Part shown: one piece after another, positions 17,496 through 26,857 of the stretch
Position numbering within the stretch: position 1 is the stretch's first letter
Layout of the letters: each line of letters begins with the position of its first letter
Source: Candidatus Methanophagaceae archaeon
Lineage (GTDB): Archaea; Halobacteriota; Syntropharchaeia; Alkanophagales; Methanospirareceae
Assembly: GCA_003194425.1 (NCBI GenBank)
Contig: PQXB01000001.1
Span: 135,265-199,264 of the forward strand
DNA: 64,000 nucleotides
Direction of reading: 5' to 3'
The notes under the pieces: model-generated
Databases searched by the model: none
What the model was told of the DNA's origin: nothing
Seen by the model: the letters and a program-made list of their open reading frames with translations, nothing else
Program-made: the position numbers and the translations under genes

Positions 17496-18642
17496 CGTAA
17501 ATTTCAAAATATTTCTCCGCTGTTTTCTCCCACGAGTACTGCTTCGCCCTTTCCCTGCCACGCCTGCTCAGCTCTGCACGAAGTTCAGGCTCACGAAGCA
17601 GTCTAGACATTCCTGCGGCTATTTCGTCAGTGCTGTAAGGGTCGACGAGAACCGCAGCGTCGCCCGCTACTTCTGCCGTGCCCGTGAATTTTGAGGTTAC
17701 CACAGGCGTTCCTACCTGCATCGCCTCGATCACAGGCAGCCCAAAGCCCTCACAGGGCGAAGGATAAACAAGAAACTTGGCACGCCGTAAAAGCGTGTCC
17801 AACTCCTCGTCAGAAATAAAACCCGTAAAAATCACCCGCTCTTCCATTCCCGTTTTCCTTACGGCAGCGTCACAACGCTTCTTCATTTTTCTCAAATACG
17901 GGTTGTTGGAGTAGTTGCCGGTGATGAGCAGCTTGCCCGCGTACCCTTCCTGACGCACCAGCCTTGAGAAAGCTGAAATTAAACGCCCAATGTTCTTCCG
18001 CTCGTGAATCCCGCCAACATTAAGAAGAAAGCCGTCGGTCGAGCCGCTGCTCAACTGAAACCGCTCTTCAAGGCTCTTTTCGGTCGCAGCGCTCGGCGTT
18101 GTGGGTCTCCGCAAGCCGTTGGGGACGACCCTGACCTTCTCTGCAGGAACGCCAACCTTCTCCACGATTTCGTGCTTCGAGAACTCGGAGACCGTTGTTA
18201 CGACATCGTTCAGGCGGCACGCGAGCCGAGTGCCGGACTTGTAGAGGAGGTGGTTTCGGAAAAAACCCATCGCCTCGCGGAAAGTGAAAGGAATTACATC
18301 GTGAATCGTGAGAACGCACGGGGCTTTCTTGCGGAACGGAAAACTCCAGTTGTACGGAAAATGAACGACCTCCGCACCCTCTTGCTCGGCAATCTTCTGA
18401 ATCGTGACAGAATCCAACCAAGCGTTCTTCAGCGACATTGCGTGCGAACGGACGGGCAGAGGACGAGTTGCAACATTTGGGTCGCTCTCAAAAATCCGCT
18501 TCGCCTCTGCGAGCCGGTTTGACTTGCAGAGCAGGACAACTCGGTGCCCCTTCGCGGCGGCATATTTCGTTATTTGGATGACTCCCTGCTCCACGCCGCC
18601 GACCACGCCGTCAAACTTCCGAAAATCCATCACTATTTTCAT
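17452..18642 (-). CDS. GT4 family glycosyltransferase
   Basis: GT4 C-domain (EGFGLPVIEAM). Start re-assigned to ATG at 18642 (MKIVMDF...), removing the 224-nt overlap with the upstream GH130 gene. Confidence 0.8.
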   Translation of the reverse strand: MKIVMDFRKFDGVVGGVEQGVIQITKYAAAKGHRVVLLCKSNRLAEAKRIFESDPNVATRPLPVRSHAMSLKNAWLDSVTIQKIAEQEGAEVVHFPYNWSFPFRKKAPCVLTIHDVIPFTFREAMGFFRNHLLYKSGTRLACRLNDVVTTVSEFSKHEIVEKVGVPAEKVRVVPNGLRRPTTPSAATEKSLEERFQLSSGSTDGFLLNVGGIHERKNIGRLISAFSRLVRQEGYAGKLLITGNYSNNPYLRKMKKRCDAAVRKTGMEERVIFTGFISDEELDTLLRRAKFLVYPSPCEGFGLPVIEAMQVGTPVVTSKFTGTAEVAGDAAVLVDPYSTDEIAAGMSRLLREPELRAELSRRGRERAKQYSWEKTAEKYFEIYDECKRSFKEEAGDG

Positions 18643-18646
18643 CGTT

Positions 18647-19843
18647 TCAAAAACTACCGAGCAGGCTCTCGACGTCCGTGACCGCCACGCAGACCGACTC
18701 GTCCGACGCACCGTAGTACAGAAAAACCTTCCCGTCTCCGTCTTGCTTTCTCTCCTGCTCTCGCTCTCTCTCCCTCTCCTGTTCCCTCTCTTTCTCCCTC
18801 TCCTGTTCCCTCTCTCTCTCCCTCTCCTGCTCTCGCTCCACAACGCCGTTCGAGAAGACGACATTTCCAAAGAAGCCCTCGGTCTCGTAAGGCTCGGTCG
18901 GGGTCAGCAGCGGCACGGAGGCTCGCCTCACTACGCGGAACGGCTCCTCAAGGTCAAGCAGCAGGCAGAAAAGCGAGTAAGCGTCGTCCGCCCCTTTACC
19001 GTGGCAAATTACCAGCCAACCCTCGGAAGTCTTAATCGGCGGTGCTCCCGCCCCTACCCGCTCCGACTCCCAGTTCTCCTCCTTCCTCTTACTCTCGCGG
19101 TCGCGGGTGCGGAGGACGCACTTGTGGTTGCCCCAGTGCAGAAGGTCGGGCGACTCGGCGTACCAAATCGCAGGCTTCCCGAAGCCCGAATTGTTGGGGC
19201 GGTGGAGAGCCACATATTTCCCACCTACTTTCTCTGGAAAGATTGCGACATCCTTGTTCTCGGGGCAGAAAATCAGCCCCTTCCTCTCGAGGTTCTTGAA
19301 ATCCTCGGTAACCGCCAACGCAGTCGCCCACGAGTCTTCGGAGACTGCGGTGTAGTTGATGTAGTATTTTCCGTCGATGAAAGTCACTCGGGCATCCTCT
19401 ACGCCGTACCTCTCCGCCTCGCACGCGGGGTAAATGAACGGCTCGTCCTCTACGGTAAAATTGACCCCGTCCCTGCTCCTGGCTACTCGGATGTGGCTCA
19501 AGGTCGAGAGGAACTCCCGCCCTTTGTAGGCGACGGCACGAGTGTCTTTCAGCGTCACCGCGGGGTCCGACGCCTTGAACTCCAAAATATCCGGGACTGC
19601 AGTGCCGTCACCAGTGCCGTCACCAGTGCCGTCTCCGTCGTCCTCAAACCGACAGACTGGCGTGCGGACGTAGCCTTCTCTGGGTTCGCAGCCCTCCGCG
19701 ACTCGCACCAGCAGAATAATTTCGTCGCCGAAGTTCACAGCACCCGGATTAAAAGCACCGAGCACCTTGTAGCCGTCTCTTGTAGGCTTTACATCGCGGG
19801 GCTTAATTATCGGGTTGTTTTTATGCCTCACAATCATTTTCAT
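18647..19843 (-). CDS. GH130 family glycoside phosphorylase (beta-mannoside phosphorylase-like) with GDGT x3 and ER-rich inserts
   Basis: NPIIKPRDV start and five-bladed propeller GH130 pattern. Repeats at 19598-19640 (12 nt x3) and 18720-18840. Confidence 0.7.
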   Translation of the reverse strand: MKMIVRHKNNPIIKPRDVKPTRDGYKVLGAFNPGAVNFGDEIILLVRVAEGCEPREGYVRTPVCRFEDDGDGTGDGTGDGTAVPDILEFKASDPAVTLKDTRAVAYKGREFLSTLSHIRVARSRDGVNFTVEDEPFIYPACEAERYGVEDARVTFIDGKYYINYTAVSEDSWATALAVTEDFKNLERKGLIFCPENKDVAIFPEKVGGKYVALHRPNNSGFGKPAIWYAESPDLLHWGNHKCVLRTRDRESKRKEENWESERVGAGAPPIKTSEGWLVICHGKGADDAYSLFCLLLDLEEPFRVVRRASVPLLTPTEPYETEGFFGNVVFSNGVVEREQEREREREQEREKEREQEREREREQERKQDGDGKVFLYYGASDESVCVAVTDVESLLGSF

Positions 19844-19872
19844 CTAATTTTGATTCTTTTTTATAAAAACGA

Positions 19873-20625
19873 TTACCTCCTCTTCAAGCCCACACCAGCG
19901 AGCAGCCCGAAGAACAGCCCTGCCAAATGCGCCGTAAACGCAATCGGGTAGGCAGAGCCAATCATTAAGAAATTGAGCACCGCAAAAAGAATAACTACCA
20001 TCCACATCTCCAACGGCACCGGCAACGGAAAAATATACATCCGCATCCTCGGCATCAGCACCGCAAGCGCTCCGAAAACGCCGTACAACGCTCCGCTCGC
20101 TCCAAGCGACGGGTTAATCGCGGTTAGACCGTACACAAGCCCTGCAAAGATTCCCGAGCCGAAGAAGACGAGCAGGAACTTTGAACTGCCGATTTTTCGC
20201 TCCAGCACCGGCCCGAAGAAGACCAAAAAAAACATGTTGAAGAAAAGGTGCCAGAGACCGCCGTGTAGGAAAACGTGCGTTACCAGCGTCCAGGGTCGCT
20301 CTGAAATGTGTGCTGGCATCAAAACCAACTGCCTCTCGTAGCCCGGAACGAGTAGTTGCAGAGCGAAAGAGGCGGAAATGAGGAGCAGGAGCAGGTAAGA
20401 GTAGTTGTGAGAAAAAACGCCAAAATTCGTGCCAAAGTTCTTTCGAATTTCTTTTTTGTTTTCTTTTCTGCGTACCTCATCAAACCCAGACCCGACGCAC
20501 CAGTGCTTCTCGGGTGGCAGGTGCTCCTCGCAGAGGCTGTCGCCGCAGTATTTGCATTTCTGGGTCGCGGGTCTGCCGCAGACCGTGCACCGTGCTCGTG
20601 TTGCTCGTGTCGTCGTGCGTACCAT
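19873..20625 (-). CDS. Rhomboid family intramembrane serine protease with N-terminal zinc ribbon
   Basis: CTVCGRP...CKYCGDSLCEEH zinc ribbon; rhomboid GASGALYGVFG (Ser) and AHLAGLFFG (His). Confidence 0.7.
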   Translation of the reverse strand: MVRTTTRATRARCTVCGRPATQKCKYCGDSLCEEHLPPEKHWCVGSGFDEVRRKENKKEIRKNFGTNFGVFSHNYSYLLLLLISASFALQLLVPGYERQLVLMPAHISERPWTLVTHVFLHGGLWHLFFNMFFLVFFGPVLERKIGSSKFLLVFFGSGIFAGLVYGLTAINPSLGASGALYGVFGALAVLMPRMRMYIFPLPVPLEMWMVVILFAVLNFLMIGSAYPIAFTAHLAGLFFGLLAGVGLKRR

Positions 20626-20652
20626 TTTATTTTAAAAAGGGTAGTTTTTTAT

Positions 20653-21924
20653 TTAAACCTTGACCTCGCCCACCAAATAACCGCTCCTCGCCTCCGCTAC
20701 CCGCACCTTACAAGTAGCACCGAGTGCAGGAGGCGGTTCCGACTTTACCACGACCGTCCTGTACAAAGCGTCTCTTGCAACTACGCCCCCTCTCTTTCCC
20801 TTCTCGGTCACTAAAACCCGCAGCACCGTTCCCTCTAATTCTTTGTTCTTTGCGAGTGCAAGCCTGCGACACGCTGCGGAGAAAATTCTCGACCGCCGCT
20901 TCTTCTCCCGCTCAAGCAAGTCCTTCAGCCCCGCCGCTTCTGTCCCTGGTCTCGGCGAGAACCTCGTCACGTTCACCCTCTCCGGCTTCACCGCCCCCAA
21001 CAAATCCAGCGACGCAACAAAATCCGCCTCGGTCTCAGTGGGGAAACCAACGATGAAATCCGTACACACAGTGCAGTCTTCAAACCGCCTCCTTATGCTT
21101 TTCACAATTTCAACGAAGTCCGCAGCCTTGTAGTTCCGCCGCATTTCGCCCAGCACCTTGTCCGACCCCGACTGCACAGGGAGGTGAAAGAACTTGAAGA
21201 CCTTCTCGGAGTCAAACGCTTCAAGCAGGTCGTCCAGAATGCGAGCCACCGAAAACGGGTTCATCATTCCCACGCGAATTCTAAAATCGCCTGCCACCTC
21301 CACAGTGGCTACCCGCTCCAGCAACTCAGGAAGTCTTGTCCTCGATCCCACGCCTGCACAACCTTCTCTCCGGTCGTAGCCGTAGGCACTGCAGTCCTGC
21401 GAAGTAATTCTTATTTCTCTCGCACCCCTCGCCACCGCGCTTCGCACCGCTTCGCAGACCTCCTCAGGCTTGCGGCTTCTCAGCTCCCCCCTCGCCCGCT
21501 TTACGATGCAGTAGGAGCAGTTTCCGAGGCAGCCTGTTGAGATTGGAATTACTGCAACCACACCGTCAAACTCAAGTGGCACTTCAACTTCAAAATCAAA
21601 AAGGTCCCGAGGTGTTATCATTTTTACATTCTCTCCCAAAACACTCCTCACTAACTCAGGCTGTGCCGCCGCAATGCAGCCCGCCACGACAACCTCTTTT
21701 CCCTGACCCCGCTCTTTCAACGCCTTCAACGCCTCCAACTCCCTCAACCGCTTTAAGACATTCAATTCCGTCCTCTTCGTTACGGTGCAAGTATTCACGA
21801 CGACAACATCGGCTTCTTCGGCTCCCCCCACCAGCTCGTGCCCCGAGTTTTTAAAAATCGCCCTCATTTTCATCTCGTCGCCGACATTCGCGGTGCAGCC
21901 GAAGGTCTCGATGTGAAATTTCAT
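20653..21924 (-). CDS. mtaB: Radical-SAM methylthiotransferase, MiaB-like archaeal type (MtaB/CDKAL1-like)
   Basis: MKFHIETFGCTAN MTTase N-domain, radical SAM CxxxCxxC (CLGNCSYC), TRAM-like C-terminus. Confidence 0.8.
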   Translation of the reverse strand: MKFHIETFGCTANVGDEMKMRAIFKNSGHELVGGAEEADVVVVNTCTVTKRTELNVLKRLRELEALKALKERGQGKEVVVAGCIAAAQPELVRSVLGENVKMITPRDLFDFEVEVPLEFDGVVAVIPISTGCLGNCSYCIVKRARGELRSRKPEEVCEAVRSAVARGAREIRITSQDCSAYGYDRREGCAGVGSRTRLPELLERVATVEVAGDFRIRVGMMNPFSVARILDDLLEAFDSEKVFKFFHLPVQSGSDKVLGEMRRNYKAADFVEIVKSIRRRFEDCTVCTDFIVGFPTETEADFVASLDLLGAVKPERVNVTRFSPRPGTEAAGLKDLLEREKKRRSRIFSAACRRLALAKNKELEGTVLRVLVTEKGKRGGVVARDALYRTVVVKSEPPPALGATCKVRVAEARSGYLVGEVKV

Positions 21925-21983
21925 CTTTTAACTTTGAGAAAGGGGTAAAGGATAAAAGAGTAAAGGATAAAAAGAGGAGAGGA

Positions 21984-23108
21984 ATGACCCAGACGACGAG
22001 ACGGAAAATTGAGCAGCTCCGAATCTGTGCAGAGCAGGAGGTGGAGGCAGAGGAGGCTACGAGCTGCTTTGCAGACGTTAGGCTCGTTCACGTCGCACTA
22101 CCGGAGATTGACAAGGAGGAAATTGAACTGAAGACCGAGTTCTTGGGCTTCTCGCTCAACTACCCAATAATGATTGCCTCGATGACCGGCGGGCATCCAG
22201 AGACGAAAAGAATAAACGCCGTGCTTGCAGAAGCCGCGGAAACGCTTAGCGTTGGCATTGGCGTTGGCTCGCAGCGGGCGGCGTTGGAAGGAGTAGGAAG
22301 TCAAGAGGACTCTTTCCGTGTGGTTCGGGACACTGCACCCAACGCGTTTGTTTACGCGAACTTGGGTGCTCCGCAGTTGAAGGAGTTTGGGGTTGCGGGT
22401 GTAGAGCGGGTTATTGAAATGGTCGACGCGGACGCAGTCGCAATTCACCTCAACTTCTTGCAGGAGGCGATTCAGCACGAGGGGGACGTGGACGCAGGGG
22501 GGTGTTTGGCGGCGATAAAAGAGGTCTGCGAGGCGGTAAAGAAGCCCGTAATCGCGAAGGAGACGGGTGCGGGGATTAGTTACGGGGTTGCGAAGAAGTT
22601 GCACGAGGCTGGTGTAGCCGCGATTGATGTGGGCGGTTGGGGCGGCACGAGCTTGGCTGCTGCCGAGATTTACCGTGCTAAAGCTGAAGGAGACGAGTTG
22701 AGCGAGCATTTGGGGCGACTCTTCGGCTGGGACTGGGGCATTCCAACAGTGGAGAGCATTTTGGAGTGCTGTGCGGCGCTCTCTGCTCCTGCTCCCGTTC
22801 CCGTTTCTACCCCGGTTCCCGTGGTCGCGACTGGCGGAATTCGAACTGGACTTGACGCTGCGAAGAGCATCGCTCTTGGTGCGAGTCTCTGCAGTGCTGC
22901 TCTGCCGTTCCTGAAGCCTGCGATGAAAAGTGTGGAGGAAGTGGTGAAAAAAATAACCGAAATGGGCGAGGAGTTGAAGGTTGCAATGTTTTTAACGGGC
23001 TGCAGGACTACGGCGGAACTGAAGGGAGCGGAGGTTGTTCTGACAGGGAAGGCGAGAGAGACGGCAGAGCAGCGAGGGTTTTTACGCTCTCTTCTCCGCA
23101 GTCCGTAG
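21984..23108 (+). CDS. fni: Type 2 isopentenyl-diphosphate delta-isomerase
   Basis: FMN-dependent TIM-barrel IDI-2 pattern (IMIASMTGG..., ATGGIRTGLD). Confidence 0.8.
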   Translation: MTQTTRRKIEQLRICAEQEVEAEEATSCFADVRLVHVALPEIDKEEIELKTEFLGFSLNYPIMIASMTGGHPETKRINAVLAEAAETLSVGIGVGSQRAALEGVGSQEDSFRVVRDTAPNAFVYANLGAPQLKEFGVAGVERVIEMVDADAVAIHLNFLQEAIQHEGDVDAGGCLAAIKEVCEAVKKPVIAKETGAGISYGVAKKLHEAGVAAIDVGGWGGTSLAAAEIYRAKAEGDELSEHLGRLFGWDWGIPTVESILECCAALSAPAPVPVSTPVPVVATGGIRTGLDAAKSIALGASLCSAALPFLKPAMKSVEEVVKKITEMGEELKVAMFLTGCRTTAELKGAEVVLTGKARETAEQRGFLRSLLRSP

Positions 23109-23195
23109 ACACTTTTTTAGGCGGGAAGCCCAAATAGTTACCGCCTCATTGAATATTCAACAAAGCACTTAATTTCTAAATGCTTATTAAATTTA

Positions 23196-23972
23196 ATGAC
23201 CTTAGAGATAAAAGGCGTGGACGCGTACTACGGCAGCGTGAAAGTGCTGGAAGGAGTGGATTTCAAAGCACAGCAGGGCGAATTTCTGGGCGTCGTCGGT
23301 CCGAACGGCTCTGGCAAGACGACGCTGCTGCGGGCGGTTAGTCGGATTCTGAAGCCGCGGGTGGGAACGGTCTTGTTAAATGGGTCGAATGTGCTTGAAA
23401 TGAAGGACAAAGAGTTCTCGAGAAACTTCGCCGCAGTCCCGCAGGACACGACCATAAATTTCGAGTTCTCGGCTCTCGACATCGTGCTGATGGGCAGGAA
23501 TCCGCATTTGGGCAGGTTAGAACTGGAGAGCGAGCGGGACATTGAAATTGCGAGGCGGTCGATGAAACTCACCAACTGCTGGCACCTTGCTGAACGCCCG
23601 GTTACAGAATTGAGCGGTGGTGAGCGGCAGCTTGTCATAATCGCGAGAGCACTCACGCAGCAGCCAAAAGTCCTCCTCCTCGACGAGCCCACCTCGCACC
23701 TCGACATCAACTACCAAATAGAAATAATGCAACTTCTGAGGCGGCTGACTTTGGACGAGGGTTTAATTGTGGTTGCGGTAATTCACGACCTCAATTTAGC
23801 TGCTATCTTCTGCGACCGCCTGGCGCTGCTGCACAAGGGTAGAATCGCTGCTCTTGGCACGCAAGAAGAAGTCTTAACCGCGGAAAACATCAAAAGAATC
23901 TTCGGTGCGAATGTGGTTGTCAGTAGGCTCCCCCAGACCAACCAGTGCTACATTTTACCTGCTAAAACATAA
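23196..23972 (+). CDS. ABC transporter ATP-binding protein (FecE/BtuD-like); no permease adjacent
   Basis: Walker A GPNGSGKTT, signature LSGGERQ, Walker B LLLDEP. Confidence 0.8.
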   Translation: MTLEIKGVDAYYGSVKVLEGVDFKAQQGEFLGVVGPNGSGKTTLLRAVSRILKPRVGTVLLNGSNVLEMKDKEFSRNFAAVPQDTTINFEFSALDIVLMGRNPHLGRLELESERDIEIARRSMKLTNCWHLAERPVTELSGGERQLVIIARALTQQPKVLLLDEPTSHLDINYQIEIMQLLRRLTLDEGLIVVAVIHDLNLAAIFCDRLALLHKGRIAALGTQEEVLTAENIKRIFGANVVVSRLPQTNQCYILPAKT

Positions 23973-23975
23973 AAA

Positions 23976-24045
23976 ATAAAAGGGGGATAAAAAACAAAAT
24001 CCCCTCATTGCTTTTCTTTTTCTCTCTTTTTCTTTTTTTTCTTTT
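23976..24045. terminator. Convergent-gene terminator region: GC hairpin flanked by oligo-T/A tracts
   Basis: gggggat-(loop)-atcccc hairpin with T-runs on both strands, between the ABC ATPase (+) and mtrH (-). Confidence 0.35.
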
Positions 24046-25020
24046 TCACGCGCCCATTTTCAGAATCGGGTGCGGTTCCATCGCCTCGATCTCGTGCTCT
24101 GCCTTGTTCGCCTCAGAGACAATCATATCCGCCATTCCAACCAGCGGGAAGACCTTCGGTGCGTTCTCAATCGGTCCGTAGAGCACGAAATCCTGCCCAG
24201 CGATTACAGGAATAATATTTGAGGCAATGTCGCAGATGCTGTGGACGTCTGCGCCCAGACCTTCCCAGCCGCCCGGTCCTTTCGTCGCGTGCTCCTTCCT
24301 GAAAGTCTTCAGCCAAGTCCAAGCCGAGGGTGCGTTGTGAATGCCCAGACCCACTGAAATGCCGAACTTCGATTTAATGACGAAGCCCGAGGCGACCGCA
24401 GAGCCGACGCCTGCCCCGATTGGCAGTGTAGCGGGGTCGCACATCTGTTTCGTCACGCCCATATCCCGCGCAAGCTGAACCAACCCCTTCTCAAAGGTGC
24501 CTGCTCCTGTCTCCAACAAGTCAATCTTCCCTGCTACCGTCGAATCTTTTGGATTGAACGCTAAGATAATCGCTGCTTCCAGTCTAGACTCTCTGATTAC
24601 TTCCAGCTCCTCTGGCGAACACGAGACGTTTATTGAGTTGTAGACTGCCCTGTCAATCAGCCCCACCTCGTCAACGTACTTCAGCCCCGCAACCTTCGCC
24701 TCCGCAACCGTCGAGTCAATCAAGAAAGGCGAGTCACTTTTCTCTGCGCAGAACTCGATCTCTTTCTCCATTGCCTCCGGCGATTCTGAAAATATCTGCA
24801 TCATGCACGGGTTCCCTGTTAAATCCGAGAACTCGTCCTGCTTGTTTAACACATCTTCCGCTGCTTTCTTGTCAAATATCCCCTTCTCCGCGTCCTCTAC
24901 CAAGTAATGCTTTGCGTAGAATATCGTGCCACAAAGAACCGTCGCGCACTCGCCTGGCTGTCCCCCGACTTTCGTTCCTCCAATTTCATAAATATCCTGC
25001 TTCCTGTCAAATACATACAT
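24046..25020 (-). CDS. mtrH: Tetrahydromethanopterin S-methyltransferase subunit H
   Basis: Near-canonical MtrH N-terminus (IGGTKVGGQPGECATVLCGTIFY...GIFDKKAAE); ~320 aa. Confidence 0.85.
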   Translation of the reverse strand: MYVFDRKQDIYEIGGTKVGGQPGECATVLCGTIFYAKHYLVEDAEKGIFDKKAAEDVLNKQDEFSDLTGNPCMMQIFSESPEAMEKEIEFCAEKSDSPFLIDSTVAEAKVAGLKYVDEVGLIDRAVYNSINVSCSPEELEVIRESRLEAAIILAFNPKDSTVAGKIDLLETGAGTFEKGLVQLARDMGVTKQMCDPATLPIGAGVGSAVASGFVIKSKFGISVGLGIHNAPSAWTWLKTFRKEHATKGPGGWEGLGADVHSICDIASNIIPVIAGQDFVLYGPIENAPKVFPLVGMADMIVSEANKAEHEIEAMEPHPILKMGA

Positions 25021-25119
25021 TTTTCTTCTGTCCTCCTTTTTCTCTCTCCTTTCCTTTTTCCTTTCTCTCTCCTTTCCCTTTTCTCCTTTCTCCTCTGCTC
25101 TCCCTCCTTCTCCTGTTTT

Positions 25120-25407
25120 TTATCCTCCTATCAGGAAAATCACATACACAAGAATCCCTACAATCAGCCCGTATAAAATGCCGATTGCGAAGCCCATCTT
25201 CTCGCCCTGTCTCTGCGCCAGCTCGCCCATCACGAACTCCACCTTCTCGTCCATCGCTGTCAACCTGCCCTGTAGTTTCGTGTGCTCTGGCGGTGTAATC
25301 GCGACCGGAACCGCTAACTCCTTCAGCTCCTCCTCCAGCTTCTCCAGCACCTCTGTCTCTACTTCTTTCTCTATCTTCTCCTCTCCTCCTTTTGATTTTT
25401 CGCTCAT
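25120..25407 (-). CDS. mtrG: Tetrahydromethanopterin S-methyltransferase subunit G
   Basis: Size, position in the mtr operon, single C-terminal TM. Confidence 0.55.
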   Translation of the reverse strand: MSEKSKGGEEKIEKEVETEVLEKLEEELKELAVPVAITPPEHTKLQGRLTAMDEKVEFVMGELAQRQGEKMGFAIGILYGLIVGILVYVIFLIGG

Positions 25408-25488
25408 TTTCTCTTCCTCCTTTTCTTTCCTTGTCTCTCCTCTCCTTGTCTTTCTCCTTCCTTTCCTCGTCCTTCCCTTCTCCTACTC

Positions 25489-25677
25489 CTACATAATTCC
25501 AAGCCCGGCGAGAAGCAGACTCACGAAAATACCGATTGCCAGCCCTTTCACGAACCCGACCCAGAGACCTGCTGCGAACCGCGAGTCCCTACCGATCAGT
25601 GTTATGTTTTTTCTTAAGTCCTCAATTCTCGCGGTTAGGAGCGCTGTTTCCGGCGTCTGTTGAATTACTTTTGCCAT
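25489..25677 (-). CDS. mtrF: Tetrahydromethanopterin S-methyltransferase subunit F
   Basis: 62 aa with C-terminal TM, directly after mtrA (zero gap), as in mtrEDCBAFGH. Confidence 0.5.
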   Translation of the reverse strand: MAKVIQQTPETALLTARIEDLRKNITLIGRDSRFAAGLWVGFVKGLAIGIFVSLLLAGLGIM

Positions 25678-26421
25678 TTAGACCACCCCCTGTAAGCCCC
25701 AGTAAATGAGTGGCAGAAGGAACACGACTGCGATTAGTAGCCCAGTAAAAAGCCCCAACGTAGCGTTCATCGAAATCCCTGACGATAACTTCTGGTCTCT
25801 CGCGATTAACTGTGCCTTGTACTGAATGTCAGTCGCGGCGTGATTTATCACTTCCATATAAGGTGTGGCGGGCATTGCCAAAGGCATCTCCAAGACTGCA
25901 CCCAGCGCCTCCTCTTCGCCCACCTTCACAATCATCGGGTCTTCAGGAAAAGCACCAGGGTCCCTCGCTTTCAGCTCGTTCACCTTCGCATTTATCGCAC
26001 CGTAGTCCTCCACCCCGATCATATCGATTACTTCTACTTGGTTTCTGAACCGCTCGACCGCAGCGTCAGGTAGGTTCTCAATGAACGGAATCGCACCTGT
26101 TGTGTCAATTATTTTACGGTTAGACGGGTCAATGCCGTTCTTCCAGAGTGCGAGCATCGAACCGCCGCTAATGTGCCCCGGAACCTCCGCTCCTGCGATG
26201 ATGAGGAATCTGATGTTCGGATTTGAAATGATGTTTGTAATCATCTTCTCTAACCCGATGTTCTCTGTCTTGTCAGGTCCCTGAATCGCAATTCCTTGCA
26301 GGTTCTCGATGTGGAAGTACGAGCCTGTCGAGGAAATCGCGACGCAACTCTTCGGGTCGCCGACCTCGTAGTCACCTGTAACGAGCGGCCAACCATCTGG
26401 AACTTCTTTCTTCTCTACCAT
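25678..26421 (-). CDS. mtrA: Tetrahydromethanopterin S-methyltransferase subunit A (corrinoid-binding)
   Basis: ~245 aa with a C-terminal TM anchor. MtrA-like motifs (DYEVGDPKS, FLIIAGAEVPGHISG). Confidence 0.8.
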   Translation of the reverse strand: MVEKKEVPDGWPLVTGDYEVGDPKSCVAISSTGSYFHIENLQGIAIQGPDKTENIGLEKMITNIISNPNIRFLIIAGAEVPGHISGGSMLALWKNGIDPSNRKIIDTTGAIPFIENLPDAAVERFRNQVEVIDMIGVEDYGAINAKVNELKARDPGAFPEDPMIVKVGEEEALGAVLEMPLAMPATPYMEVINHAATDIQYKAQLIARDQKLSSGISMNATLGLFTGLLIAVVFLLPLIYWGLQGVV

Positions 26422-26424
26422 TTT

Positions 26425-26742
26425 TTATGCTCCTCCCACTTTCAGCCCTATTCCCAACTTGAACAACGCAAGCGTCACCGCCAGCACGCCAAAAATCACG
26501 CCGAAGACGAGCATCGTCACGAAGCCTGCGGTGTTCAACGCTCCTTCTCTGCGTGGCTGCGACATTACAAACCCGCTTGTAGGGTCAAGGCAGTTGAAGA
26601 GGTCGTCTACTGAAGTTTCCAATGCTGTTATCTGCTCCTCTATCGGTGCGAGGTTTACCTTGTAAAATCCTGGTCTTGCCACACCCACGGTAAGCGAGTC
26701 AGGATCCAGAACCACACCAAATTTCTCATTTATTACCAACAT
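26425..26742 (-). CDS. mtrB: Tetrahydromethanopterin S-methyltransferase subunit B
   Basis: ~105 aa with C-terminal TM, at the operon position between mtrC and mtrA. Confidence 0.6.
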   Translation of the reverse strand: MLVINEKFGVVLDPDSLTVGVARPGFYKVNLAPIEEQITALETSVDDLFNCLDPTSGFVMSQPRREGALNTAGFVTMLVFGVIFGVLAVTLALFKLGIGLKVGGA

Positions 26743-26857
26743 TTTCCTTCTTCTCTCTCCCTCCTCTCTTCTCCTTTTTCCCTCCTCTTCTCTACTCCTT
26801 CATCCTCTCTTCTCATCTTCAATTTCATTTCTTCCCTCCCCTTTTCTCTCCTGTCTC

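Noticed and set aside
18643-18870. Arg/Ser-rich N-terminal extension of the GT4 ORF
   Set aside because: It overlaps the GH130 3' end in another frame, and a canonical GT4 N-terminus starts at the internal ATG (18642).
18404-19951. 515-aa plus-strand ORF
   Set aside because: Antisense to the GH130 and GT4 genes. Long antisense ORFs are expected in high-GC DNA, and it has no motif or coding-like periodicity.
24633-25298. 221-aa plus-strand ORF spanning the mtrH/mtrG junction
   Set aside because: Antisense to the mtr operon and dominated by the CT-rich spacer (poly-Ser/Pro/Leu).
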